A DNA stretch of 64,000 bases from Gordius albopunctatus (taxonomy: Eukaryota). Position 1 is the stretch's first letter. Every line of letters begins with the position of its first letter. The notes beneath the pieces were generated by a model. That model saw nothing but the letters and a program-made list of their open reading frames with translations, had not been told where the DNA came from and made no database searches. The stretch spans positions 17,980,001-18,044,000 of the forward strand of contig OZ193909.1 of NCBI GenBank assembly GCA_964276515.1, read 5' to 3'. Both the position numbers and the translations under genes were made by a program. Shown one piece after another: positions 25,301 to 37,999 of this stretch.

Positions 25301-28000
25301 TTTATAAAATTAATCGAGGCAAGCATTTGCGAGTAATAATCAAGAATTGTTACGGAATATTTATAAACATGTAGCGTAAAAAGTTCGGATTGCTATTAAT
25401 AATAAAAACGGCTGGCTTCTAATTGGCCGACCTTTACCAAAGGGGTTTGCCTTTGTTTTTTTGAATAGAAGACCGACTCTACCGTTTATCTAGAAGTTGA
25501 ATCAAAGGCCTACCCAACAAACCCCAGCCCTTTTTACGACACTCATTATATTATTATTAACTCTTCACCGTAAATAGCTGTACCGTTGGATAGGGCCCAT
25601 CTCCTGATGAATTTCACCATATATATTAAACCAAACTGAGCGCTTACCCTTAAAATGTAACAATCTATTAATGCCAGGTTGGGCCGTAATTTCGACCTCA
25701 AGCTATTTCACAACGGTAGGCCCGGAATCATAGCGTGGACCCTTATAAACCTCTCCTTCGCGGCTGCTCAATATCGGACTTTCGGTTCCGTGTCCAACGC
25801 TCTCCAACTCGTCACATACCTACAAGGCATTTACGCTCTCGACTTGTTTTGCTTCGAGTCGTGGTACCTAAGGACTTTAGACATCGCCCACGATCATTTC
25901 GGTTTTTATTTGGCTTGGGGCGATTTGGTTTGGTTGCCTTTCATGTACACCGTCCAAGGCTATTACCTGTCTCGCCACCCCGTCCAACTTAGCCCGCACA
26001 CTTTCTGGACTCTCCTGGGCGTCGGCCTAATGGGCTACGCCATATTTCGCCTCACCAATAATCAGAAGGATGGCTTTCGCGCCGCTTACAAAAAAGGTAG
26101 GCCACGGGTATTTCTGTTCTAGCTTTAAACCTTCGCACTTTTTTGTACTCTCGGAAGAGATAATATAGGAATGAAGGAGTTATAACCATATTTTTCAAGG
26201 GGATAAAGTAATGAGTACCAGGTAGTGCCGTAAAGAGACCGGGGTAGACCAAAGGCTTTTTGGTCTATTTTTCTTAGTCTAGCTCTAGGCTTAGTCAAAA
26301 TTTGGAAAGCAGACCTGAGCCAACCGTTAGTCTAAGTTGAATTTAAGGTTGGTGAGAGCTACGGGTATTTCCGCTCACCTCCCGAAAACCTATTTAATTA
26401 TGAATGAATGAATTAACTTTCGTTGTCTTGATCCTCTGGAGTATATATTATAGCTGAGTGAGAGGAGAATAGCCATAATTTATCGAGGGGACGGGGCTAT
26501 GTATTAGGGTTAGGGTTGTAAAAGGATCTGGGGTTTGTTAAGTCCACCTTTGGTTTTAGTCGACTAAACATAAAGAGACCAAAAGTTTTTTGGCATATTT
26601 TGAGAAACAGACCAGAGATGTCTTTTTAAAACACTACATAATACTTATAGCCCTCCCCTAATCCCCCTGCATATAGGGGCAATTGCTAGTGCCTTGAAAC
26701 TCGGCATGGGCTTAGCCAGGATTGGAATTAGAGGGGGAGGGGGTAATAACAATTTTGGGAGGGGCAAATGATTATATTTGGAATTTCCGACATAATTAGA
26801 TTAAATTTCTAAGGTTTTTTGGATTTTCCTCCCTGCTACCCCCTGACCATGCCCATGAAACTCGGCATGAATTGTATGATATATAAACCGATGGTTTTTG
26901 TTCTATACAACTGTTTTTTATTCTATATATATATTTACGCGTAATATTTGATGAACATTAGGCTGAATAAGGATGTCAACATTTTCTTTTATTTTTGGGT
27001 CTGTTTGGGGTTGCGTGCTATTACCCTTTCTGGTATTTAGCATTCTTCGTTGTGGGAGTGCTCTGTTGAAGCTAGCCTCATAGGGTAAAATATCGCTTAG
27101 AAATGGATATTACTGAATTAAAATAAACACTTAGAGATAAATTGTTACTAAATTTTATTCCATTAAGAGATTAATAATCTCGGGTGTGTCAAAAGTTTTC
27201 TTGCAGATTGTCTTCTCGTCAAGTTAGCTGAAAGTATATTATAAATATATAAGGAAAAATGGTAATTATGAATATAATATGATCAGGAATTAAATAGGGT
27301 GATCAGATTGATATGTTCAAGGATATATTATAAGAACTGAGAATAGATTAAGGATAAGGTTAATTATATTCAGTAATTTTAACTCTTTCGGTAGGGATAT
27401 ACTAACGAACATAGAGACAAAGCGATAACATAAGTATATTTATATAACCATATGGTTTTTACCAATTCGGATTTGGCTTACAATATTAATACATATTATA
27501 ATATAATATGTAGAAAATGTTATACAAATAAAAGTTAATTCTAATTTAAACTATTATTTAAAGGCCTCTTTTCAAAAACTGGGAGTTTGAGACCTTAAAC
27601 GATAGCTATAGAGCGTTGTTATTTTATACGTGTCATCCTAACTGATATTAATTTAGGGAAACCTTACTACCTCTTGTTTGGCCGATGGTTACCGACCCAG
27701 TACGTATTGGCTAGATACAAAACCTCCGACGGTGCCCACCATACCTCAGCCTTGTTGACTTCGGGTTTTTGGGGAGTTGCCCGACATTTCAATTACACCG
27801 GGGACCTAATCCTGGCTACAGCTATGTGTTTAGCATGTGGCACAACCCATGTTTACCCTTACTTTTACCTCGCTTTCATGCTAGTTCTCCTGATTAATCG
27901 CGTTTTCCGGGACGAAGACCGTTGTAAAGCCAAGTACGGATCCGACTGGGACACTTATTGCTCCAAAGTTCCCTATCGCCTCATACCCTTCTTGTATTAA
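22332..28000 (+). CDS. DHCR7: 7-dehydrocholesterol reductase (ERG4/ERG24 sterol reductase family), 4 exons, 483 aa
   Basis: Exons 22332-22748, 24009-24280, 25678-26096 and 27657-28000 give an open 1452-nt frame with [87 protein letters not shown] and RDEDRC..KYG..W..YC..VPYRLIP. Confidence 0.95.
23616..23920. mobile_element. pogo/Tc1-mariner-like MITE (~305 bp); second, inverted copy at 30163-30478
   Basis: TIR cagtcgaaac...gttttgactg flanked by TA on both sides. The copy at 30163-30478 is near-identical in reverse orientation. Confidence 0.9.
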
Positions 28001-28900
28001 AACATCCCCCTACCAGCAGTTTCTAAACCTTAGTCATATCTTAGTTTATCCCGTTTTTACTGTCAAACTTAACGTTTAACCATAACTTTTTTGGTAGATT
28101 TGCAATCAACTTATCCATTTTTATACAATCACACAAGCAAAGAATATCATTGTCTATGACTATGTCTAAGCTATGGCCATTTGTGTTTTACGTCATTTTT
28201 TTATCATGTTTGTATTCCAGATTGGATCAATTTAAAATTTACCAATTATTAACATCAACAATTTACGTTTAATTAATAATTGTCTTGACCTTACATAAAT
28301 ATTGATGTCACGTGCTAATTTTTTGCTCTAAAATGCATTATGTTATGCTCTTAATTTTATACACCAAAGTTGGCTGTACGATTATTTTAGTTGTAAAATT
28401 ATTGATTACAATTAATTTTTTCCAGCTTCCTTTGTGAATTAAATACATTTTAGTTTTTAACCTTGAATTGTCTCGATTTTTCACACGCTCAATGTTACTT
28501 CTAACCATGAGAATTAATAAAACAAAACAAAAAATTTGCATTTCATTTTGTTTATACAAATTTTATCTTTGAAGTGCATATTTTTTATATTTCTTTCATT
28601 TGTAGTGCGAATTAATTGATAAATGAATTAAAACCACGCTTAGATACAAGGCATTTACTATTCACTTGTCCAAAGGTGTGCGAAATATAAATAAAAAATT
28701 AATAATGTTTGTGTATAGACAGGAAAGAGAACTCATGTAACATTTTTTAACATAATAAAAGCGACCGGGGGTGAGCTTCGATAAATTAGCCCTATCAAGT
28801 ATACTTTTTGAATAGGAAAATAACATGATTTCAAGTTAAGGAAAATGTTACAATTAATACTAAGGATTTTAATTGCTATGCAATCTATGTCTATTATGGC

Positions 28901-29103
28901 TAGAGTTGTTATATTGCTAACTTTCTTCAACTTCAGCTACCATCTGCTCGAATTTCTGCTCGGCCCTCGAGCATTTTTATATGCTACTGCTCTACCTAGT
29001 GCACCGAACAGCGAGCACATATTGTGCTAACGCGCATATTAAGCCATTCAGTGAGCGTGATCTCGTCTGAAGTTTGAAGAAAGTTAGCATTTTAACAACT
29101 CTA
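28901..29103. mobile_element. hAT-type MITE family B (~200 bp, ~37-bp TIR tagagttgtt..tgctaa.tttcttcaa); copy at 63472-63673, remnants at ~11880-12080 and 56862-56920
   Basis: Perfect 8-bp TSDs: attatggc (28893-28900 / 29104-29111) and gctaaaga (63464-63471 / 63674-63681). Confidence 0.92.
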
Positions 29104-29164
29104 ATTATGGCATATATATTTTTTTTAATCTTTATTAGAAACGTTTGTGACTTGCCCTTTAAAA

Positions 29165-29720
29165 GCATCTCGGTAGATGATAGTTTTATAAGTATTAACT
29201 CTCCACAATACTTGGGGTCTGAGAGGGCCTACGAAAGTGTTAATTTAATCTCACTTAAACAAGTTATATGCAAAACTTCGGGTTTTGTAGCATTTTAAGT
29301 ATTTAGCAAAAAATTTATTACCTGAAAATTTTATGGGTTTGCCGCCATATTTCTGAAGAAATAAATGTTTGGGGTCCTATATGCCCCATAAGGTAGCTTA
29401 GGAAAGTTTTTCTTTAATTTTTTGTTTATTTATTGCTTAAAAAATAGTAATTTATGCGCGTATATAACATTTTGAATGAATCGTGTACTTTCTATGCTTT
29501 TTGATACTCTTGTGGAGCTTTTTTTTAAATAGTAATTCGCAATTAGCTGTTCAATTTGTGAAGGCGTCCATCAGACCTATAGGCGATATATTCCAAACAA
29601 GTCTAACAAATATAGCCTCAAAATCTATTATCTTGTGCCTTCCAAATTTTTTATAAATTTTTTTTAGAATTTAATGCAGGCCCAGGGGGTCGTTTAAAGT
29701 TAGTAACAAGCTCAAAAACA
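29165..29720 (+). mobile_element. piggyBac transposase remnants
   Basis: ISVDDSFI (29168-29191) and YRRYIPNKSNKYSLKIYYL (29578-29634) resemble the piggyBac 'SVDE.M' and 'RQY.P.KP.KYG.K' motifs. Confidence 0.6.
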
Positions 29721-30873
29721 ACCATTTTTTGGATTTCTCTGTTTTTGTAAGAGCATTTTGTGAAGACATGTTTTTTATATTTTTTTCCAACTTCTTTTAG
29801 TAAAAAAACATTTGCATTTTTAAAATGAATAAAAAAGGAGCTTGGCCTCGGGCCGGGGTCAAAAATCCTTAATTTGTAGGGAATTATTTATTTTAAAGCA
29901 ACAAGGACGGGTTGCAAAAAGAAATTTAAAAATTAGTCGGAGCACAAAAATAGAGATTGAATTTGGGTACAGGCGAGGTCGAAAAATTTAAAGCCAACTA
30001 GCAATCATTAGCTAGTCTTTATGCGGAAGCAAAAAAGTCTTTTACAAAATCATAAGCTCCATTATAATAACCCAAAGACAACCGCAAGTGGGCCCATAAT
30101 TTACATGGCAATTAATAGTTAAATTATTTTACTTGGAAGGCAAGTTAGATATATTTTGAAGACAGTGAAAACCGTTTAATTGCAAAGCCTTGGGCCTGTA
30201 AAAATCGCGATTAACCGATATTTCGCGAAAAAACGATGGGGAAAATAGTATATGTACATTATATTAAATATTCATTTCTTACGCTTCGCAATAAAACGAT
30301 ATTTTATATAATTATCTGGTTGATTTAAGGACTCGAAAATGTTTGTGAATATCCGATATTGTACTATTAAGCGATTTGTCAATAAACGATGTTTTTGTTA
30401 ATATTATCGTTAAAAAAACAAAATGGCGGTTAAAAGATTTTTGCGATAATCCGATTTGCGATTAAGAAGTTTCGACTGTTATATATGGGCGTAGCTAGCA
30501 TCGGGATTAGAGGGTGGGAATAATAATTAAGGTAGGGGCAAAACGATCTTTTTATGCAATTTTAGCCATTATTTCAATAAATTTTTAAAAATTACTAAAT
30601 TCTGAGTGGGGCAGCCGCTCCTCCCCTTGGCTACCCGCATGTGTATATATCTCATAAAAAATACTTGTATTTTGAATTTAACAAAATGCAATCGCGCATT
30701 TAACCACATAAAAAAGGAAGTAGGGATTTAATCATGTTTTAAATGTCAAAAATACAATAAATAAAATAATCCTCGCTGCTATACCTTTGTTTTAAGTATT
30801 TAATTGCCATTAAAATTTTCTGCTAGCTTTTCGTTGTCTTGAGTTAGTAGTAAAATTACAGTTTGTTTCCTGT

Positions 30874-31517
30874 TAGAGATCTGCACGGGCAGGCCCGCGG
30901 GCGGGTACGGACGGGCTTTGTATCATAAAAATTTTAACGGGCCGGGCCCGGACGGTCCTAAAAATTAATGGAACGGACTCGGGCGGGCCTGAGATATTTT
31001 TAACGGGCTTGAACGGGCCTGAAGTTTTATAAGTGGGCTTAAACGAACCAGAGATTATATAAAAGGTCTTGGAGTTACAAAGGTGCTTAAACAGAAAACA
31101 ATTAGAAAAAACAAAAAGTCAATATTTAGATGAAACTATTGAGTTTGAGACAGATTTCGATCTGTTAAAATGGTGGAAAGCCAAAGAGGACAAGTATTAT
31201 ATTTAAAATGTGCCACCAGCGAGCGAAATTAAGAAAGGCGAACTCGCCTAAAACCAGAAATTGTTGATGATTTATTATTTTTACATGATAATTATTGATG
31301 TCTTTCTATGAATATGTCAAAAAATTAAATAAATTTTGTGAAATTTTTGTTAAAAAATTTTTTAACGGGCTTGGACGGGCCTGAAAAATTTACGGACGGG
31401 CTCGGACGGGCCTGAAGTGTTGAAAAAAAATTACGGGCGGGCCCGGACGGGCCTTGAAATTTTAAAAACGGGTACGGGCGGGCCGACCTTCTAAAAACGG
31501 CCCGTTGCAGATCTCTA
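30874..31517 (+). mobile_element. Internally deleted hAT element; a terminal fragment of the same family lies at 61012-61086
   Basis: TIR tagagatctgca, perfect TSD tttcctgt, acgggc-rich subterminal repeats, and internal hAT C-terminal remnants (DLLKWWK; RRTRLKPEIVDDLLFLHDN). Confidence 0.93.
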
Positions 31518-31690
31518 TTTCCTGTAGCCCTGAAGTTCCTTAGAAAAAAACTATCACGTGTTTATTGCTAAAAAAAAGTTTCCTCACTTGTGGTGCAACA
31601 CATGCAGGAAAAATCGATAAGATTTCAATCCCATCTCTACATCATTTTTAACTTGGGAATTGCAATCATTAATTAATTAGCTAAAGTAAT

Positions 31691-34600
31691 ATGGACTTTA
31701 GAGAATTGCGAAGCATTATAGACGACAAATCTCCTAAAAATGAAAAATTATCGGCCGAATTAAACGAACTTCACGCAATATTAGAAAGAGATTCAAATCA
31801 ATCGGAATCTAATGACCAAGTTCCGAAAGAAGATATCGTCAAATTGTTCAAACTACGAGATTTTAAAGGGGTTATAAAACTTTACGATTCTTGTAGTGCG
31901 AATTCAAACATCGAAAACTGGGATTTATATAGTAATTTTTTTAAAAAAAATTTTTAATATATATTAATTACAAATTTTAAGTTAATTTTTTTATGAGTTT
32001 ACCACTTATTTTAAAACTTTTTTATTTGCTATGCACTTTTATTAAAAAACACATATTTAATGTAATCTAAAATTTGGGATTATAGTTGATTCCTTGGAAC
32101 TTGCTGGATTTATAAATATCGCGATTGAGACCCTGAGTAGAACACTCATGAATGATGCATTTCAAGAAAACTTCCCCGCGATGACTGAAAAACTTGAAAA
32201 TCTAAGAATACGATTATTATATCAGCCATTGATAGCCAATTTATCAATTGATATCAGGTAATTTTCATACAAATTTCAATTAATAAATGTCAACATTTTA
32301 AGGCCCTCTCCTAGCTAAAAATTATCCAATCAAAATATTTAGGATACTAGACGTTATAAAAATTATAACATTGTAAACATTTATTACTCTCATTTATTAC
32401 TGTTTTTTTAATAATAATTATGCGCAAACAATCAGAAAATATTTTTATTAATTTTTCAAACACGTTATATTTTTTTTGTTAAGCTTGACCTCCATCTTTT
32501 CTTCATTTTTATCATTAAAGTTAAATTTAGTTTGGATAAATATTTCCACACTTATTGGAATTTATTATATGTGCATTAATGAGCGTAGTGTAGATATTTA
32601 TTTATTGAATATATTATTAAAATTTAAAAAATTAATTGATTCTCTAAATTCAGATCCTGTTGACTAGGCCCACCTGGGTTTGGCTTGGCCTGATCTGTTT
32701 TTCAAATTTCTATTAAGGCCGGAAGTCGACTAAATATAAATAAACCAAAATTTTTTGGTCTGCTTATATTTAGTCGGCTAAAAACAATGGTTGACCAAAC
32801 AAAACCCAACCGTGCATTGAGCTAGACACTTGTAATAACTTTCCGAATCATTTCTTTGATTCGGCTAAAAATATTACATTGCGGTTTTGCATGAAATTGG
32901 CTAGAGAAACGGATACGAAAGGTAAAGGAGTCTTTGCTAAGAGAGCCATAAAATCTGGGAATGTCATATTTTTCGATCTGCCACTCGGGTGTGCACCTAA
33001 CCTAGACAATCGTAACATATTTTAAAAAATATAATTGACATTTGAATTTTTTGCATTAAATATGTTGGAAAATATTCTATAGGAGAAATTGTTTCTAGTT
33101 TTGATGAAAAGGTGGTTTAGATGTAATTGATGCGCCTTTAATTAACCATAGACAAAAAATACTAATTATATTATTAATAAAAAAATTGACATGGCCTACA
33201 TAAAAGTTGCGATTAAAATAAAAATTCCCTTTCTCTAATCATTTTTATATATTTATATTGACAAGTTTATAATTATATTTCATAGTAGTCAAATGGTTAA
33301 GGGGCCAATAAATTAGGCATCATTGACAATTAGTTAGGAATTATGAAAATGATAATTTTTTGCAAAAATTTGAATTTTAAATTAAAATTGGTGTAAAATT
33401 CAGCTAGGGAAAAATACTATGTAAATTTTTGTTTACATTTACTATAACTTTGATAAAATATATTTAATAGCCGCAACCGAAACCTTTTGTTCATTGTGCT
33501 CAAAATCGATTTTAACCTGTGAATTCCATTTCAAATCGTGCTGGGATAGTATGACGGAACCCGAAAAGCAAATTATACGGGTATGAAAGCAAATTGCACC
33601 ATAATTTTATTATGACTTATATGTAGAGCACTCCACGGGACGCCCGAACCCCGACCCGATCGGGTTTCGGGCCGGACTCGGACAGAAGTTTATAAAATAA
33701 TCAGGCCTCGGGCTCGGGCATGATGAGGCGGCCCGACATGAGGCCCGAATTGAACTAAAGCAAACTAATCTTTTATAAAATATGATTTAAACAAACTCAA
33801 CTCGATATTAAATAATTGTCTTCACACAGATAGCTTCCAAACTTCAGCTTTTCCCCTGTCTATTATAATATAACTGACCTGAATTGCAAATCTTATTCTA
33901 TTATTTAAATATATTCATAGTAGCAGTTAGAACTTAAGAAATAAGAGAGGTAAATATATCAGACATTTTTTTATATGGGACTGTTAAATAAAATATATAT
34001 TTTTAAGTTATATTTTTAGTTTTAAACCTAAATTAATTGTAAGGAGGGAAAATAGATTTCAAGTAATAACAATCTACTGCATTTTATATTTAAAGGGTAA
34101 AATAGTTTTCAAAATAAAACTGTTCAAAAGTTTTATTCGAAAAATCGGGTCGGGCTCGGGCCTAAATAAAAAAAGCCTTTCGGACTCGGGCCGGGCTTGG
34201 ACGGAAGAAATTTCATTTTGCAGGGCTCTACTTATATGTAGAGAACTGCAAAAATATTTTTCAACGGCCCGAGTTTTTGTCCGATCCCGACTTAAGTCCA
34301 AAAAATAGTATTAAGACGTTGAAATCCAATTGCTTAAATTTTTATTATGACTTGCAGTGTTTTTAAAGTATGAAGAGGCGATAAGAAAGATTAGCCCCTC
34401 CTATTAATTTAATAACATTTGACCTGTGCGATTTTACAAATCTATCAAAATATTAGGACTTTTCTACCCCGTTCCCAAAGAGCATTGGGATTAGAGGGGG
34501 GCAATAATGATTTAGGGATGGGCAAAATGATGATTTTTTGAAATTTTAGACATAATTTCAATAAATTTTAACAAATTTTTGGATTTATAGGGGGGTAGCT

Positions 34601-36116
34601 GCCCCTCCCTGCCCCCCCCCCCTTGGCTACGCACATGTTCCCTTTTATATTAAACATTTCACTCACTATCTTAAGAAGTTATGATAACTTCATCTGAAAT
34701 AGTTTTTCCTATTGACTAATCTTATCACCCATTAATGTTTTAGGCAAATTGGCCTCCCACAACCAAAATACCTTGCGATCATTGCACTTTCGAGTATTAT
34801 TGCTCGGAGACGTGCAAAACGCTAGCCTGGGATAAATATCACCAATACATTTGTCCATCCAAAAACTCGGCAGCCTCATCTCTGTACGACCTCTGTTCAC
34901 AAACCTATCAAAGCCTCGATAAACAGGAGTGGAACGCCATGTTTAGTCCCATGCTTATCGTCAAGCTCTTAGTCTCCAAATTGAGTCCGACCGGCAATAG
35001 CATGCGTCGCGTGTATCAAAATGTCAAAGAAGATCTCATCACTTTTGCCGCACCCCGGAGCCAAAAAATTGAACCGTTTCTAACACGCATCCACAAACTA
35101 ATAACTTCAATCTTAGAACCATGGATCATTCCTGAAGATCGAGTTCCTTTGCAAAGCTTTCTCGAAGTATACTACAAATGCGCCACCAATGTGCAAAGCT
35201 TCAACTCACCCCTCTATAATACGGCAGCTTATCAACTCTTCGAAACCGCAATGTACAAATGGCCACGCGAGTACGGACAACTCGCCAAGTACATAATAAT
35301 AGCTGACGAAGGACTCAAAGATCAAACTTTTTGTGGCTTGTTCTTATTGCACGCATGTCTGAATCACGATTGTAGACCTAATGCTTCGGTTGAAGATTTC
35401 AAAGATAACGCCTATAATAAGATAGGTGTTACGGTGAGAGCTATAAAAGATATAGCGATCGGGGAAGAAATTACGATATCTTATATAGATACCACCATGC
35501 CCAAATGGGTCCGACAAGCTTGGCTCATTCGTGCTTACGCGTTCAAATGCCAGTGCCTAGCATGCAAGTATTATGTTTTGCATTACGCACTTTCGGAATT
35601 TATTATACATAAAAATTACAATAAGAAGATTTTTTCGATTTATGCGTGCGACTTTGACCAAATTGTTACATGTCGAATTTTACAATTGATTGCCTTTTGA
35701 AATTATTATTAACATGGGCGGTAGTCAGAGATGGAATAGGGGGGGGGCGGCAAAATTATAATTTTTGAAATTTTGGCCATAATTTTATTAACCTGCCATC
35801 CCCTGGCGACGCCCGTGAAGGTCTTAACAGTCGAATAAAATTTTGAATAGACATCCTATTTTAGATTATTTTTTATTTTTGAAGGTTTGAAGGATCCAAC
35901 AAATCCGTCTGCTCAAATTGTGGTAAGAAAACTGACGATACAGAAAGTGCCGAGGCTTTAAAAACTTGTGGTAGATGCTTTAGAGCGTGGTATTGCAGTA
36001 AACCTTGCCAAATTGAGCATTGGAATGCTGGTCACAAAACGATATGTGATAAAAAGAAAAATGATTCATTGACTAACGTTGTTCTCAAAAACGCTAACAT
36101 TAAACTGGCTTTTTAA
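31691..36116 (+). CDS. SET and MYND domain (SMYD-like) lysine methyltransferase with an additional C-terminal MYND finger, 6 exons, 561 aa
   Basis: Exons 31691-31931, 32086-32257, 32905-33011, 33471-33580, 34744-35567 and 35885-36116 give an open 1686-nt frame. Motifs: KGKGVFA (SET-N), CSLC...CDHC...YCSETC...W..YH...C (MYND), LNHDCRPN and GEEITISY (SET-C), FKCQCLAC (post-SET), then CSNC...CGRC...YCSKPCQ..HW...HK..C. Confidence 0.9.
33624..34230. mobile_element. hAT-type MITE in SMYD intron 4, abutting an older hAT end at 34239
   Basis: TIR tagagc..gctcta, perfect 8-bp TSD cttatatg (33616-33623 / 34231-34238), and cccga/tcggg subterminal repeats. Confidence 0.9.
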
Positions 36117-37999
36117 TCATTATTATATCACAATTTTATAGACTATTATTTATATTTATTTTGATAAAGATCTACGCGGTCTTATATAAAGCAGTTGTCA
36201 AGTCGTTATTGACTATATTATGATTACTAAAAAACAAATTGATGTCACACTTTAGTAATTATAGTAATTAGTCACTGAAAAATCAGTGGTCCAACTGAGC
36301 TAAAAACTCTCAGAATTTAATAATATTAATAGGTTTTCCATTCTAATCGAATGTCAAAAAAATCTGAGTGGGTGGACCAAAAAAGCGTTTTTCTGATCAA
36401 TTTAACATGGAATACCACTATATAAATTTTATCATACGGGTAGGGTTAGGCCGGACCGGGCAACTTATCGGGCATTATATTGTTACTTTTAATTTTGTTT
36501 GTATAATGTTCATTAACCGATTCAAAAACAGATATTGAATTAAAATTCTTTTTAAAATATAACCCATATATGCTAAAAATTAAAAAAAAAAAGAATTATT
36601 TTGCCAACCCTCCTCCAGGTTTTTAAAAAAACCTTTGCCCCTTACCCCTTAATTCAAATCCTGGGTACGTTCGCACAAAGGATTAAAGTCTTTATTTGAT
36701 TGCTCGAATTCTTAGGTGTTTTAATTATTGTCCTTTCTCTATAATGGCTCAAAAAGAATTCGGGAAATTTTTTACTTTAAATTTATACTGACGAGACGCA
36801 CTTATTAAAGTTGTTATCTTTTCTCTAATTTGTTATTTTTCCCGCTATTATTAATTTAATTTTTTTAAAGATTTTTACATCTAATAAATATCTTAGATTA
36901 ATCGTTATTTAAAATATTGTTTCTATTTATTATTATATAAATTGATATACATAAACCCGAAATTCATTCAAGGATACATAATTATAGAAATTGCATAGCA
37001 ATTAATTTAACTAATATTTAATTACAATTAGGGGAGACCAGGGATATTCCTTTCCCGAAGCTGATACACGTCCTCCCAATTAATATTTGTCATTTTTGCT
37101 TATTTTGACATCAAATTTTAATCTTAAATGTACTTTATTAATGCACATATTGGGCACAAAAAATATTTGGGTTAACTTTTGTTACAAAAAAAATATACAA
37201 AAAATAATATTTTGAGGCTAAAACGACATTTTTTAATTTTGTAAATTATTCAAAAATTACTTGTTCCGCCAACTTAAAACATATAGTAAAGTAATAAGAA
37301 TTGACAATTTTATTATATTTATGTTTACATTTATAATTTTGGCGAGGTTTATCATCTCTAGGCTAGACTTAAAGTTCAACAATTACGCTGGGGCATCGCG
37401 GTCGAGGCTATCGTTTACTTTTCACTCATTCATTATTAATTATGGTGTGTAATTATCATCGAAAAACAAATATTGTATAATATGATCAAAAATTACAAGT
37501 TCTTTTATCTTTTAAAAACAATGTTAGATTGAAAAAATCTCGCAAGATACTAATTTAAGTTACACCACTTTTAAAAAATACCATAAAAGTTCTAAAAGGG
37601 AGAATGTTTCCATATCACAAAAGGTAAGCAATGTATACCTTACAAGTTTTAATATGACCTTTATTGAATCCTTTGAGCCTTTTTTCTCCAATATCATACA
37701 ATTAATAATACTTTTCCCAGATATTCTTTTGTATTATTAAACTTGCGAAATTCCTATAAATCATACAGCTTTAAAATTTAAATTTTACTGTGCTCATTTA
37801 TGAACTCCCTAATCTCACCTTAAAGGGTTAAATTTATATTGCATAACAACTGTTTACCTTTGCTGTATACCACTTATCTGAAAATAAACAAACTTATGTT
37901 ATTACATAAAGGCATAATACCAATATAAGACATACCCTGTAAATCTCAATCTAGCACGTTTGAAATCCTTATTAATCTTTATTTGTCATCTTACACCCA

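Noticed and set aside
25735..25992. Overlapping alternative-frame ORF in DHCR7 exon 3
   Set aside because: A by-product of GC3-rich codons in the true frame; it has a non-ATG start and no motifs.
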